A stretch of 63,515 nt of DNA from Pseudobdellovibrionaceae bacterium (lineage in GTDB: Bacteria; Bdellovibrionota; Bdellovibrionia; Bdellovibrionales; Bdellovibrionaceae): contig JBDHWW010000019.1 of the NCBI GenBank assembly GCA_039810425.1, forward strand, positions 1 to 63,515, read 5' to 3'. Of the stretch, positions 49,265-57,673 are shown in pieces. A program made the position numbers and the translations under genes. Below the pieces are notes generated by a model that worked only from the letters and a program-made list of their open reading frames with translations, was not told the DNA's origin and ran no database searches. Each line of letters begins with the position of its first letter. Position 1 is the stretch's first letter.

Positions 49265-49933
49265 ATGAAGAACGTTATGAAATCCAACAAATTAATCGCG
49301 AGCTTCCTGCTGGGCGGCTCTTTAGTAGCGGCCCTTACTGCTTCTGCTGAAACGACAGCAAAAGACGGTTTGGCTAAAATCAAATCCAACGTGGATAATT
49401 CAAAAGCCAATTTGGGCGAATATAAACGCAATTTGGGCACGGTGGAGAAAAACATCAGTGAAATCCAAAAAGCGAAATCCCAAGTCGATGAACAACGTAA
49501 AACTGTTCAGACCTCTTATGAAGAAAATAAGAAGTCTATGATCAAAGTTGACAGTCAAGAGAAAGAAATCCAAGGCTTGATCGCAGATGAGAAAAACAAA
49601 AAAGCTCAAGAAGAAAAGAAACTTCAAGACCTTCAAGCTATGGCTCAGAAACTTCAAGAGAACATCGCTAAACGTGATGCGAATATCACGGATTACGAAA
49701 CTCAATTGAACTCCGTGCATGAAGAAAAGAAGATCTGGGCTTCCCGTGGCGACCAAATCAAACAACAAGGCACTCTGGTAGACCAGCGCACTCGTTCCCT
49801 AGCCACGTCCGAAAACGACTGGAGAAACAAGAAAAAAGGCTACGAGGCTGAAGTAAACCGCTGGACCAAAGAAGTTGACCGCCAGCAGAAACTCCAAGAT
49901 AATTACACTTCATTAAAAGAAGTGAGAGACTAA
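49265..49933 (+). CDS. Secreted coiled-coil protein
   Basis: AGGAG RBS, signal peptide (..LTASA), ~190 aa heptad-rich with no Pro or Cys. Confidence 0.75.
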   Translation: MKNVMKSNKLIASFLLGGSLVAALTASAETTAKDGLAKIKSNVDNSKANLGEYKRNLGTVEKNISEIQKAKSQVDEQRKTVQTSYEENKKSMIKVDSQEKEIQGLIADEKNKKAQEEKKLQDLQAMAQKLQENIAKRDANITDYETQLNSVHEEKKIWASRGDQIKQQGTLVDQRTRSLATSENDWRNKKKGYEAEVNRWTKEVDRQQKLQDNYTSLKEVRD

Positions 49934-49962
49934 TTCTTGGTTTCGTTGTCCTTTCTAAGAAA

Positions 49963-49987
49963 GCTCTCCTTCGGGAGGGCTTTTTTT
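49963..49987 (+). terminator. Intrinsic terminator ending the gliding operon
   Basis: GCTCTCC-TTCG-GGAGGGC followed by T7. Confidence 0.85.
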
Positions 49988-50488
49988 ATGTCCGAAACGC
50001 GCGCGCCTATCAGCAGCCTCAAAGCAAATCTGTTCTTAAAAGCCTATGGCCTGTTTAAAATCCCTCTGCTGGCCTATGTCGGCCCGAAATGCCTGGAGCT
50101 TTCCCCGACCCGCAGCGTGATTAAAATCAAACTCCGCCGCCGCACCAAGAACCACCTTAACGTCATGTACTTTGGCGCCCTTGGGATCGGTGCCGAGCTT
50201 TCCATTGCGATCACGGCGGTGGCGTCCATCTACGAAAGCGGTCAGCGCATTGATTTTATCTTTAAAGACTTTAAAGCGAACTTTCTCAAACGCTGTGATG
50301 GTGACGTCCACTTTATTTGCGATGAAGCCGACAAAGTCCGTGCGTTGATTGAAAAGGCCACAAAGACCGGCGAGCGCCTCGAAGGAACTTTCAAAGCCCA
50401 CTCAACGGTTCCTTCGACGAGTGAAACTGAGAAAGTGGCGACCTATGAGCTAACTCTGTCCGTGAAGAACCGCTCCATCAAATCCTAG
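49988..50488 (+). CDS. DUF4442 / PaaI-like hotdog-fold protein
   Basis: KIPLL, RRTKNHLNVMYFGAL, FKANFLKR..GDVHF. Confidence 0.8.
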   Translation: MSETRAPISSLKANLFLKAYGLFKIPLLAYVGPKCLELSPTRSVIKIKLRRRTKNHLNVMYFGALGIGAELSIAITAVASIYESGQRIDFIFKDFKANFLKRCDGDVHFICDEADKVRALIEKATKTGERLEGTFKAHSTVPSTSETEKVATYELTLSVKNRSIKS

Positions 50489-51139
50489 CAAATCACGGCG
50501 AACTTGTTCTAAAGGTTCTTTAAGCCTTTCTAATACGGGCACAGCCATCAGATTTTTCGACCGCTCTCCGAGGTGGAATGCTTCGGTGATCGTGCGCATA
50601 ATAGAGGTCGCCTTCTCCGGATGATTTTCAATAAAGTGGGTCAATGCTCCGGCAATGATAACCACACTCAGTGGCATGCAGTTCTGCCCTGTCATAAACG
50701 CCTGAATCGCGATTTCCCCTTCTAAAGAGGTGTCGTAACCCGTCAGTACATGCCAAAAATCATGTGCCTGATAAACACGCGAAGTAAAATAACTCTCAGC
50801 ACTTGAAAAATCCGGCTCTGGATAGAAATCGATATCCAGTCCACCTTGATTAAAGAAGTCTGCGGCCGCTTTACCGAAACTTCCCGCAGGATACTGATTC
50901 AGTTCCTCGAGCGCAGGGACTTGATACCAGTAGCGCGTCTCGTAAGCTTTTCGCAGCTCAGGAATACTCAGCAACGGTTTTAAAAGCGCTTCCACCCTTT
51001 CCGGCTCAGACGACTTTTGATAGGCCTTCGTCATATGGAAAATATCTTCCGTCTTGGTCGGGTCCTGCATGAATCTCAGGAAGTGATATTTGGCTTTTAC
51101 AGAATAAAATTTACGCGACGTCATCTCTAACGCGGTCAT
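50450..51139 (-). CDS. Coq4-family protein
   Basis: LNQYPAGSFG, HDFWHVLTGY...GE (HDxxH-x11-E). Confidence 0.8.
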   Translation of the reverse strand: MTALEMTSRKFYSVKAKYHFLRFMQDPTKTEDIFHMTKAYQKSSEPERVEALLKPLLSIPELRKAYETRYWYQVPALEELNQYPAGSFGKAAADFFNQGGLDIDFYPEPDFSSAESYFTSRVYQAHDFWHVLTGYDTSLEGEIAIQAFMTGQNCMPLSVVIIAGALTHFIENHPEKATSIMRTITEAFHLGERSKNLMAVPVLERLKEPLEQVRRDLLGFDGAVLHGQS

Positions 51140-51161
51140 AGCTACATCCCCACAGTATTTG

Positions 51162-51177
51162 ATTGGCAAGTGCCAAT
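51162..51177. promoter_or_regulatory. Candidate TetR operator
   Basis: Perfect inverted repeat ATTGGCA-AG-TGCCAAT between the divergent coq4-like and tetR genes. Confidence 0.45.
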
Positions 51178-51258
51178 GACCAAGATAATACCAATCTAGG
51201 ATCCCCTTCGAAACTCGGCGAAAAAGACGGACTTCGGGATTGAAAAAAGGCGGCGAAA

Positions 51259-51861
51259 ATGGAATCTAAACCATTGAAAAAACAGCCAAAACAAAAACGT
51301 TCACAGGATGTTGTCGATGCCATTCTTGAGGCTGCGACTCGGATTCTTTCGGAAAAAACCCTGCAATCCACCACGACCAATCGAATCGCAGACACTGCCG
51401 GCGTTGGCATTGGTTCAGTCTATGATTATTTTCCAGATAAAAAATCAATCGCGATTGCACTGATTGACCGTCGCTTAGAAAAAACTCTGAATGCCCTCGA
51501 AGAGCTTTTGAACCAACCGCAACTGACATTGCCAGAGCTGATTGATCAGAGTTTTGAGTTTATTGATGACCACTTTTGGAGTAAACGCGCATTTTTACGT
51601 CAGATTTTTATACTCGCTCCGGAAAGTGGGCGCATGGACAGTCTTTTTCAACATCGCTTTCAAGCCACTCTGCTTTTGCAAAAAACATTGGTAGAGAAAT
51701 ATCAGAAAGATCCAGTGTGGGCTGAACAGAAGGCCTTTATTTTGATGAACTCCGTGATGGGAGTCCTCGATGGATCCATTATCACTGAGCACTTCCCTTT
51801 TGAGTCTGAATCACTCAAAAAGGACCTCAAGCAGATGGTCCGAGCGATTTTAGAAAGCTAA
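51259..51861 (+). CDS. TetR/AcrR family regulator
   Basis: PKQKRS, TTNRIADTAGVGIGSVYDYFPDK HTH. Confidence 0.92.
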   Translation: MESKPLKKQPKQKRSQDVVDAILEAATRILSEKTLQSTTTNRIADTAGVGIGSVYDYFPDKKSIAIALIDRRLEKTLNALEELLNQPQLTLPELIDQSFEFIDDHFWSKRAFLRQIFILAPESGRMDSLFQHRFQATLLLQKTLVEKYQKDPVWAEQKAFILMNSVMGVLDGSIITEHFPFESESLKKDLKQMVRAILES

Positions 51862-52847
51862 GGCAGGCTTGCCTTAGCTGCTTGGTATTCACTGATCAGC
51901 TTTTGATAGATCTCAGCCGTCGTCAGAATGTCATCAACAAGCCCCACGGATTGCCCTGCACTCCAAACCGTTTTCCAAGATGGTTTGTTCGCAGACTCTT
52001 CGAGTGATTTCATGCCCATAAGATGAATCAAAGGAACGACGTATTTCTTCGTCGCAGGATTGTCTTTCAATGTCTTCAAAATCCACGGCAAGTCCGTGCC
52101 AAGTTTTTTCACGTAGTCCGTGTTAATCACCGCCGCCGGAGTCCCCGACACACGTGTTGTCATCACGATATCTTCAGGTGTCGAACTCACAACTGCGTTT
52201 TTGTAGGAAGCATCAACAGTCGCCTCTTTAGAAGCGATAAAGCGCGTTCCGATACTCACACCCGCCGCACCCAACGCAAGACAAGCTGCGATTTGCGAGC
52301 CGTGTGAAATACCACCCGCCGCAATGATCGGAATCTGCAACTGGGTTTTCAACCATGGCACTAACACCAAGGGCGAAATCGGTCCCGCATGGCCACCGGC
52401 TCCGGCCCCCACCGCGATCACACCATCCGCGCCGAGATCTTGAACTTTCTTAGCAAACTCTAAGTTCGTCACGTCACAAAGAACCTTCGCGCCGTTTTTG
52501 TGCGCTTCTTCGATCACATGTTTGGGGCTTCCGAGTGACGTAATGAAAAGATCCACGCCTGCATCAAGGGCAATCTTCAAATCGCCTTCAGCACGGTTAT
52601 TACTTTTATTAACGATGATATTGATACCGACAGGTTTCTTCGTGCGTTTTTTAATACTCTCGATGGCTTCTTTGAATTTTTCTGGCGGACGATAATTGAG
52701 AGACGGGACTGTTCCGACACCACCGGCTTCGCTGGCTGCGACAACGAGGTCTTCATTACTCACCAAAAACATAGGTGCGGCAATGATCGGATTCTGAATC
52801 CCCATCAAACGAGTAAAAGATGTTTCAATGGATTTTCCGTCCGCCAT
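51858..52847 (-). CDS. Nitronate monooxygenase / FabK-like flavoenzyme
   Basis: PIIAAPMFLVS, GAGAGGHAG, IAAGGI, GTRFIAS, WSAGQSV. Confidence 0.88.
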   Translation of the reverse strand: MADGKSIETSFTRLMGIQNPIIAAPMFLVSNEDLVVAASEAGGVGTVPSLNYRPPEKFKEAIESIKKRTKKPVGINIIVNKSNNRAEGDLKIALDAGVDLFITSLGSPKHVIEEAHKNGAKVLCDVTNLEFAKKVQDLGADGVIAVGAGAGGHAGPISPLVLVPWLKTQLQIPIIAAGGISHGSQIAACLALGAAGVSIGTRFIASKEATVDASYKNAVVSSTPEDIVMTTRVSGTPAAVINTDYVKKLGTDLPWILKTLKDNPATKKYVVPLIHLMGMKSLEESANKPSWKTVWSAGQSVGLVDDILTTAEIYQKLISEYQAAKASLP

Positions 52848-52889
52848 AAACCCTCCCGATGTTCTATGACTCTAGAGGATTTTCTAGGC

Positions 52890-53792
52890 TTATTGAAGCT
52901 TTTTGCACTGACGCGCATAACTGCGGTCACATTCAAGAGTGTCATCGCTTTGGCAGGACTCTGCTTGGTCGGTCTTCCACAGAATCGCATTTTGGCACTC
53001 GCCGGCGATTTTTCCCGCCTCGGCACTTTGCACATAAGAACTGAATCTTTGATTTTCAAAAGAATCCGGGATCGGAGTCGGCGTTGGCGCAATCACCTCA
53101 GCCGGAGTCGAAACTGGAATCGCAGCCACTGCAACTTTTGGTGCCGGAGTTGGTGAAGGAGTGGGCGTCACAACCTCCGTCGTCGCAGCGGGGTCTGTCG
53201 TCACCATTTCAACCCCCGAGGCCGACTCATCCCCCGAAAGCACCTGCTGAGCATCGACTCTTTGCTCTACGGGAGCAATCACTGGCGAATTGAGCAGCTT
53301 TTGAGTTTCAGTAAAGGTCTCAACAAGGTCCGCTGTAAACTTCGCAATGTCGGTCACGCCCAAAGACTTCCACTCATCCAAAAGAACTTGAGGATCTTCA
53401 CCGTACTGAAAGCGATCCATTTCATCTTTGGTCGCCTGAAGAACGCGCATCACGATTTCTTTTTTGTTCTGATAATCAAGCGGAGCTCTTTGCACTTGTT
53501 CAAAGTAACGGGCGCCATCCAAAAGCAAAACCATGCGCTCCACAGAGCCCTTCACAGAGATCCCGAGTTGCTTGTTCACTTGCGTTTCTGGAAGAGTGCT
53601 TTGATAGAGATTGTAAACTTCCGCTTGGCTCATCTGCTGGGCCTCAGTGATTTTACCGAACCAACGCAGACTGCGCGGGAGATCTTTCTGCAACACCTGT
53701 GAGGCATACTGGTCCGGCGTGTAAGCTAAAGCCACCGCCATAGTCCCCATAGAAATCACCCAAGCTGCAAGGAAAAGTACCACCCATTTCAT
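52890..53792 (-). CDS. Hypothetical secreted protein with Pro/Thr linker and Cys-rich C-terminus
   Basis: Signal peptide, TPTPSPTP linker, 4 Cys at the C-terminus; start uncertain (53792 or 53801). Confidence 0.65.
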   Translation of the reverse strand: MKWVVLFLAAWVISMGTMAVALAYTPDQYASQVLQKDLPRSLRWFGKITEAQQMSQAEVYNLYQSTLPETQVNKQLGISVKGSVERMVLLLDGARYFEQVQRAPLDYQNKKEIVMRVLQATKDEMDRFQYGEDPQVLLDEWKSLGVTDIAKFTADLVETFTETQKLLNSPVIAPVEQRVDAQQVLSGDESASGVEMVTTDPAATTEVVTPTPSPTPAPKVAVAAIPVSTPAEVIAPTPTPIPDSFENQRFSSYVQSAEAGKIAGECQNAILWKTDQAESCQSDDTLECDRSYARQCKKLQ

Positions 53793-53945
53793 AGCGCTCA
53801 TGTATAACACAAAACCACAGCAATCTCTGTCACTCGAGAGCGCGAATGAAACCTCTTCCCGACTGTCAAAACTATTGACGCCATACAGGCCGCTTCAAAC
53901 GCCTAACTATTGTTTTCAGAGCTAAAAACATGCTATCTAGAGGCT

Positions 53946-54599
53946 ATGAAAGTGCTCCGCTGGGTCCTTATTAACTTTGGCGTTCTAATTCTATTCCAGG
54001 CAACCAAGTATTTCTTGGGCCTGCAATGGGCAATAGGGGTCTCTATGGCTTACGCCATTGGCGAGATCCTTTGGCTGAAAATTCGCAGAAGAACCATCTC
54101 ACCGTTTATGCTCTTTTCCCTTGCCGTAGTTTTACTATTTGGAGTTCTCGATCTGTGGCTCACCAATGACTTCTTTATGAAGCTCGAATCTGCAGTGATG
54201 AATCTCATGATGGCTGGATTATTTGGTTTATCGTTATTCCGCGAGAAAACCATCGTCGAAGAGCTTGCAGAAAATCAGGGCCGTATTACGAAAGAAAAGA
54301 CGCCTGACAAAACTTTCTTTTTCCACTTCGTCACCGCTATCTGGTTTTTGTATTACATTCTTCGCGCCTTTGCCTTTACCTGGATGAACTTCGCAATGGC
54401 AGATGGCGAGTCCTTTATTCTCAAGACCTTCCTTGGCACAGCCAGTTTTTATATCTTACTAGCTGCTTCCATAGGACTGAACCAACAGCTTTGGAACTTG
54501 CTTCTTAAGCTCCGCCTTATGCCATCTACGCGCAAAAATCCAATGACGGAAACTTCCATGCAACGGCCTTGCATCGGAACCCGGAATTTGGAATCCTAA
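53946..54599 (+). CDS. Inner membrane protein, YciB/IspZ-like
   Basis: ~6 TM; VVLLFGVLDL..NDFFMKL; GAGG RBS. Confidence 0.65.
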   Translation: MKVLRWVLINFGVLILFQATKYFLGLQWAIGVSMAYAIGEILWLKIRRRTISPFMLFSLAVVLLFGVLDLWLTNDFFMKLESAVMNLMMAGLFGLSLFREKTIVEELAENQGRITKEKTPDKTFFFHFVTAIWFLYYILRAFAFTWMNFAMADGESFILKTFLGTASFYILLAASIGLNQQLWNLLLKLRLMPSTRKNPMTETSMQRPCIGTRNLES

Positions 54600-54717
54600 G
54601 TAGGAGCAGACGGGTTCATACGGATACTTTTGAACCTACGGAGGGGGGAAGGCCGCGCTTGGTTGCTATAAGCACCAGGAGCGAGCGCCCCGCTGCTATA
54701 AATCAGTTTCGCCAAAT

Positions 54718-54747
54718 AAAAAAAGCCAAGGTTTCCCTTGGCTTTTC
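54718..54747. terminator. Bidirectional intrinsic terminator
   Basis: AAAAAAAGCCAAGG-TTTC-CCTTGGCTTTT between convergent genes. Confidence 0.85.
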
Positions 54748-54769
54748 ATCTTTATTGTCAAAATTTATC

Positions 54770-55045
54770 TTAGTGCGTGTTGTTTTCGATCACAGAAGCT
54801 GGAGCGCGTGAATTTGGGTTTTCCATTGAACCACTGCGCACAGAATTTGGTGCTGCCACTGTCGTAGAAACGTTGGCTTTCACTTTAGCACCATTCACAC
54901 CGCACTTGCCGTCTTTACCTTTTTTGTAACCATCAGCGCATTCTTTTGTCGCTGCTGCGGCCTTAGCCTTCTTTGAGTAGCCAGCCATCGCAGATCCAGA
55001 GATTGCACAAACAAACGTGAGTAATGCTGCTGCCAATAGTTTCAC
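54770..55045 (-). CDS. Small basic secreted protein
   Basis: GGAGG RBS, GTG start, signal peptide (..SAMA), Cys pair, C-terminal RAPAS. Confidence 0.7.
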   Translation of the reverse strand: MKLLAAALLTFVCAISGSAMAGYSKKAKAAAATKECADGYKKGKDGKCGVNGAKVKANVSTTVAAPNSVRSGSMENPNSRAPASVIENNTH

Positions 55046-55141
55046 AAATGCCTCCTGAGGTCACATGTCAGTGATTTCAGAATAACATCGAGTTTTTGAA
55101 GGACCTAGGGAAAATCCCAAAATGGGATACTGACAACCGAC

Positions 55142-55753
55142 CTAAGGTCTAGCCAAGCGCTTGGCAAAGGCCTTAAGAGCCTCTCCATATTCGCCGAGGT
55201 CCTTGATAATCGTCTGAGCATGCCATTTAGAAGGCTCGACGAACTGGTTATGCATCGGACGCACCTGAAGCTCAAACTGCCTCTTAACCCCGTCAGCAGT
55301 GCGTCCACGCTCATGCACGTCGCGCTCGAGGCGGCGGCTAAAGCGGAGTGCCTCGGGGGTGTCAAAAAAGACCGCCTCATCCAATACCGCGCGCACATCG
55401 GTGGAGTGAAGGATCAAGATGCCGTCCACCAGAATCACCGGCTTCGGAGGGCTCACGAGAACTTCTTTTCTGCGGGAATGGGTCACAAAATCATAGATAG
55501 GAACATTGATGGTTGCGCCTGTTTTTAGTTGGCGCAAGCCCTTTGCCATCAGGGGAAAATCCAAGGAATCCGGGTGGTCGAAATTCACCGAACCACCATC
55601 ACCATCGAACTTTGCCGATTGATCGATATAGTAGTTGTCTTGATAAAGAATCATACAATGCTCATCGCCAAGAGTCCTTTGCAGCTCTTTTGCGAAATGG
55701 GTCTTACCTGACCCACTTCCTCCCGCGACACCGATAATATGAGGTCTCATCAT
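55142..55753 (-). CDS. udk: Uridine kinase
   Basis: IGVAGGSGSGKT, QDNYY, NFDHPDS, RRLERDVHERGR, VRPMHNQFVEPSK. Confidence 0.93.
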   Translation of the reverse strand: MMRPHIIGVAGGSGSGKTHFAKELQRTLGDEHCMILYQDNYYIDQSAKFDGDGGSVNFDHPDSLDFPLMAKGLRQLKTGATINVPIYDFVTHSRRKEVLVSPPKPVILVDGILILHSTDVRAVLDEAVFFDTPEALRFSRRLERDVHERGRTADGVKRQFELQVRPMHNQFVEPSKWHAQTIIKDLGEYGEALKAFAKRLARP

Positions 55754-55761
55754 GCAGTCAC

Positions 55762-56394
55762 CTACTTGGTTTGAAATAAACGATCCCCGGCATCACCGAG
55801 GCCGGGCACCAGATAACCACTTTCGTTTATCTCATTTTCAATGTTGACCGTATAGACTTCGACGTCAGGATGAAAGTATTGAACCTTTTCCAGACCGATT
55901 TTACTCGCCAAAATGCTGATTACTTTTACTTTGCCCGCGCCGTAGTTTTTAAGGCGGTCAATCGCGGCAATAATCGTATCGGCCGTCGCGATCAAAGGAT
56001 CACACAACAGGACCTCGCGGCCAGCGATGTCCTTCGGCATTTTGAAATAGTACTCCACGGTGTTGTGGATGAACTTATCACGGTAAATACCTATAAAGCC
56101 CGTGCTGGCAAAGGGAATCATCGACAAAGCGGCGTCGAGCATCCCATTCCCCGCACGCATGATTGACACCACCACCGGCGGCTGGGTAATTCTTTCCACC
56201 GTCGTTTTTGCGATCGGCGTTTCAACCGCGATTTGCTCAAGTTGGGTCCAATCTTTCATCGCTTCATAGACGAGGATTTTGGAAATCTCTTTCACGATCT
56301 CGCGGAAGTCCTGAGAGTACGTATTTTTATCACGGAGGTATCCGAGTTTATGCTTTAAAAGCGGGTTTGTAATCACCTTGATATTTTTATTCAT
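55762..56394 (-). CDS. upp: Uracil phosphoribosyltransferase (URC6-like)
   Basis: HKLGYLRD, SIMRAG, DPLIATA, YLVPGLGDAGDR; start reset to MNKNIK. Confidence 0.9.
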   Translation of the reverse strand: MNKNIKVITNPLLKHKLGYLRDKNTYSQDFREIVKEISKILVYEAMKDWTQLEQIAVETPIAKTTVERITQPPVVVSIMRAGNGMLDAALSMIPFASTGFIGIYRDKFIHNTVEYYFKMPKDIAGREVLLCDPLIATADTIIAAIDRLKNYGAGKVKVISILASKIGLEKVQYFHPDVEVYTVNIENEINESGYLVPGLGDAGDRLFQTK

Positions 56395-56461
56395 AGTCGT
56401 TTCTCTTTTTCTAATTGCGTTGCGGGTCTTGGGCCCGTCGCCCTGTCGGCTTCCACAAACT

Positions 56462-57673
56462 TTAAAAAACAGTTCCATCGCTTTCAATTTTAAGCGGTGG
56501 CGAAGAGTCCGCGCGCAAAGCTTTCGCCGCTTTACGGCCGGCCCACCAAGTACCACCCTCCAAAACTTTCGCAAGAGGAAATTCCGAAGGCGATTTGCCC
56601 AATTTTCTCTGCACTTCAGCGCCAATACGGTCCAGCAGCGAAATCGTCAGCCCCCGCCATTCAATAATCAGCTCCGAATCAGGACGGTGGTTCAAAACGG
56701 CCATTCCGGGATCACGCAACGTGATCAAGCCACGATCAATCAGCAATCCACCGTTGCGGTACTCCGCAAGTCCTGTCAGTTTTTCGACATCCGTGACTTC
56801 AAAACCAGCTTCAGCGATGGGCTCCATAAGTGAATACGTCATCCACTGCGAAAGCTTATGAAAGGCCGCCAAGCCCCCTGGCACTTTCGAGTAATTCCAA
56901 ATATCACCCAAGTTCACACCCGCCACGCGCACGCGTCCCGGCCAGATTTCGCCCAAGCCATCGAGCACGGCCCGCAAAACCTGCGGGCCAGTCAGCTTTT
57001 TGCCATGACGTTTTTGCAAGTAATCAAGCATGCTGCCTGGACGCCCCCCAGGGAAAATCTCTTTCTTCGCCTCGATAGTCTTTCCCAAATTGCGCAGCAA
57101 AGACAGACGCCCTTCGACACCGATCAACGGGTTTTCCGCCGTGGCTTGGAATGCACTCGAAAGCTTTTCAACCGTCAAATTTTGCAAGCCCCTCTCCGTC
57201 GCCCTCAACGGATGAGCACCGTCGCCAGAGAGTGCGCCTTCCATAAAAAGGTAAAAACTCGCGACGCCCAAACCTTCAGAGCGGCCGAAGGTTTTACCCG
57301 TGCTTTTTTCCCGATAAGCCCAGACATTGCCGGCCCCGGCATCGAGCAAAGCCGAAGTGATAACCAAATCCAGCTTCGTGCGGGCTTTTTCCACCGCATC
57401 CAGGCCAGACATTTTAGCTTCCAAGGCCTGAACGCGGTCCACTCCTCCCACGCGGAAGTGTCCCCAGCGGGAATGAAAGGGAATATTCAAAGCCGGATAG
57501 TTTTCACGGATCACTTCAACAACGTAGTCCACCACGGGCATCAGTTTCTCGGGATGATAACTAAAATGCGTCTCGCCTTTTTGCGTAAGCTCTAAAATCT
57601 TCTCAGCGCTTTGACGGATCGCCACAGGTGACAAAAGAAAATCCAAATCTTTTTCAGTATAAGAATTACTCAT
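56462..57673 (-). CDS. URC4/Urg3 family protein (DUF1688)
   Basis: IPFHSRWGHF, LLDAGAG, RSEGLGVAS, FHKLSQWMTYS, LTGLAEYRNGGL, EGGTW, IESDGTVF. Confidence 0.9.
   Translation of the reverse strand: MSNSYTEKDLDFLLSPVAIRQSAEKILELTQKGETHFSYHPEKLMPVVDYVVEVIRENYPALNIPFHSRWGHFRVGGVDRVQALEAKMSGLDAVEKARTKLDLVITSALLDAGAGNVWAYREKSTGKTFGRSEGLGVASFYLFMEGALSGDGAHPLRATERGLQNLTVEKLSSAFQATAENPLIGVEGRLSLLRNLGKTIEAKKEIFPGGRPGSMLDYLQKRHGKKLTGPQVLRAVLDGLGEIWPGRVRVAGVNLGDIWNYSKVPGGLAAFHKLSQWMTYSLMEPIAEAGFEVTDVEKLTGLAEYRNGGLLIDRGLITLRDPGMAVLNHRPDSELIIEWRGLTISLLDRIGAEVQRKLGKSPSEFPLAKVLEGGTWWAGRKAAKALRADSSPPLKIESDGTVF

Noticed and set aside
56395..56461. GC hairpin upstream of upp as a PyrR-binding attenuator
   Set aside because: Lacks the PyrR loop consensus and a terminator U tract on the coding strand.
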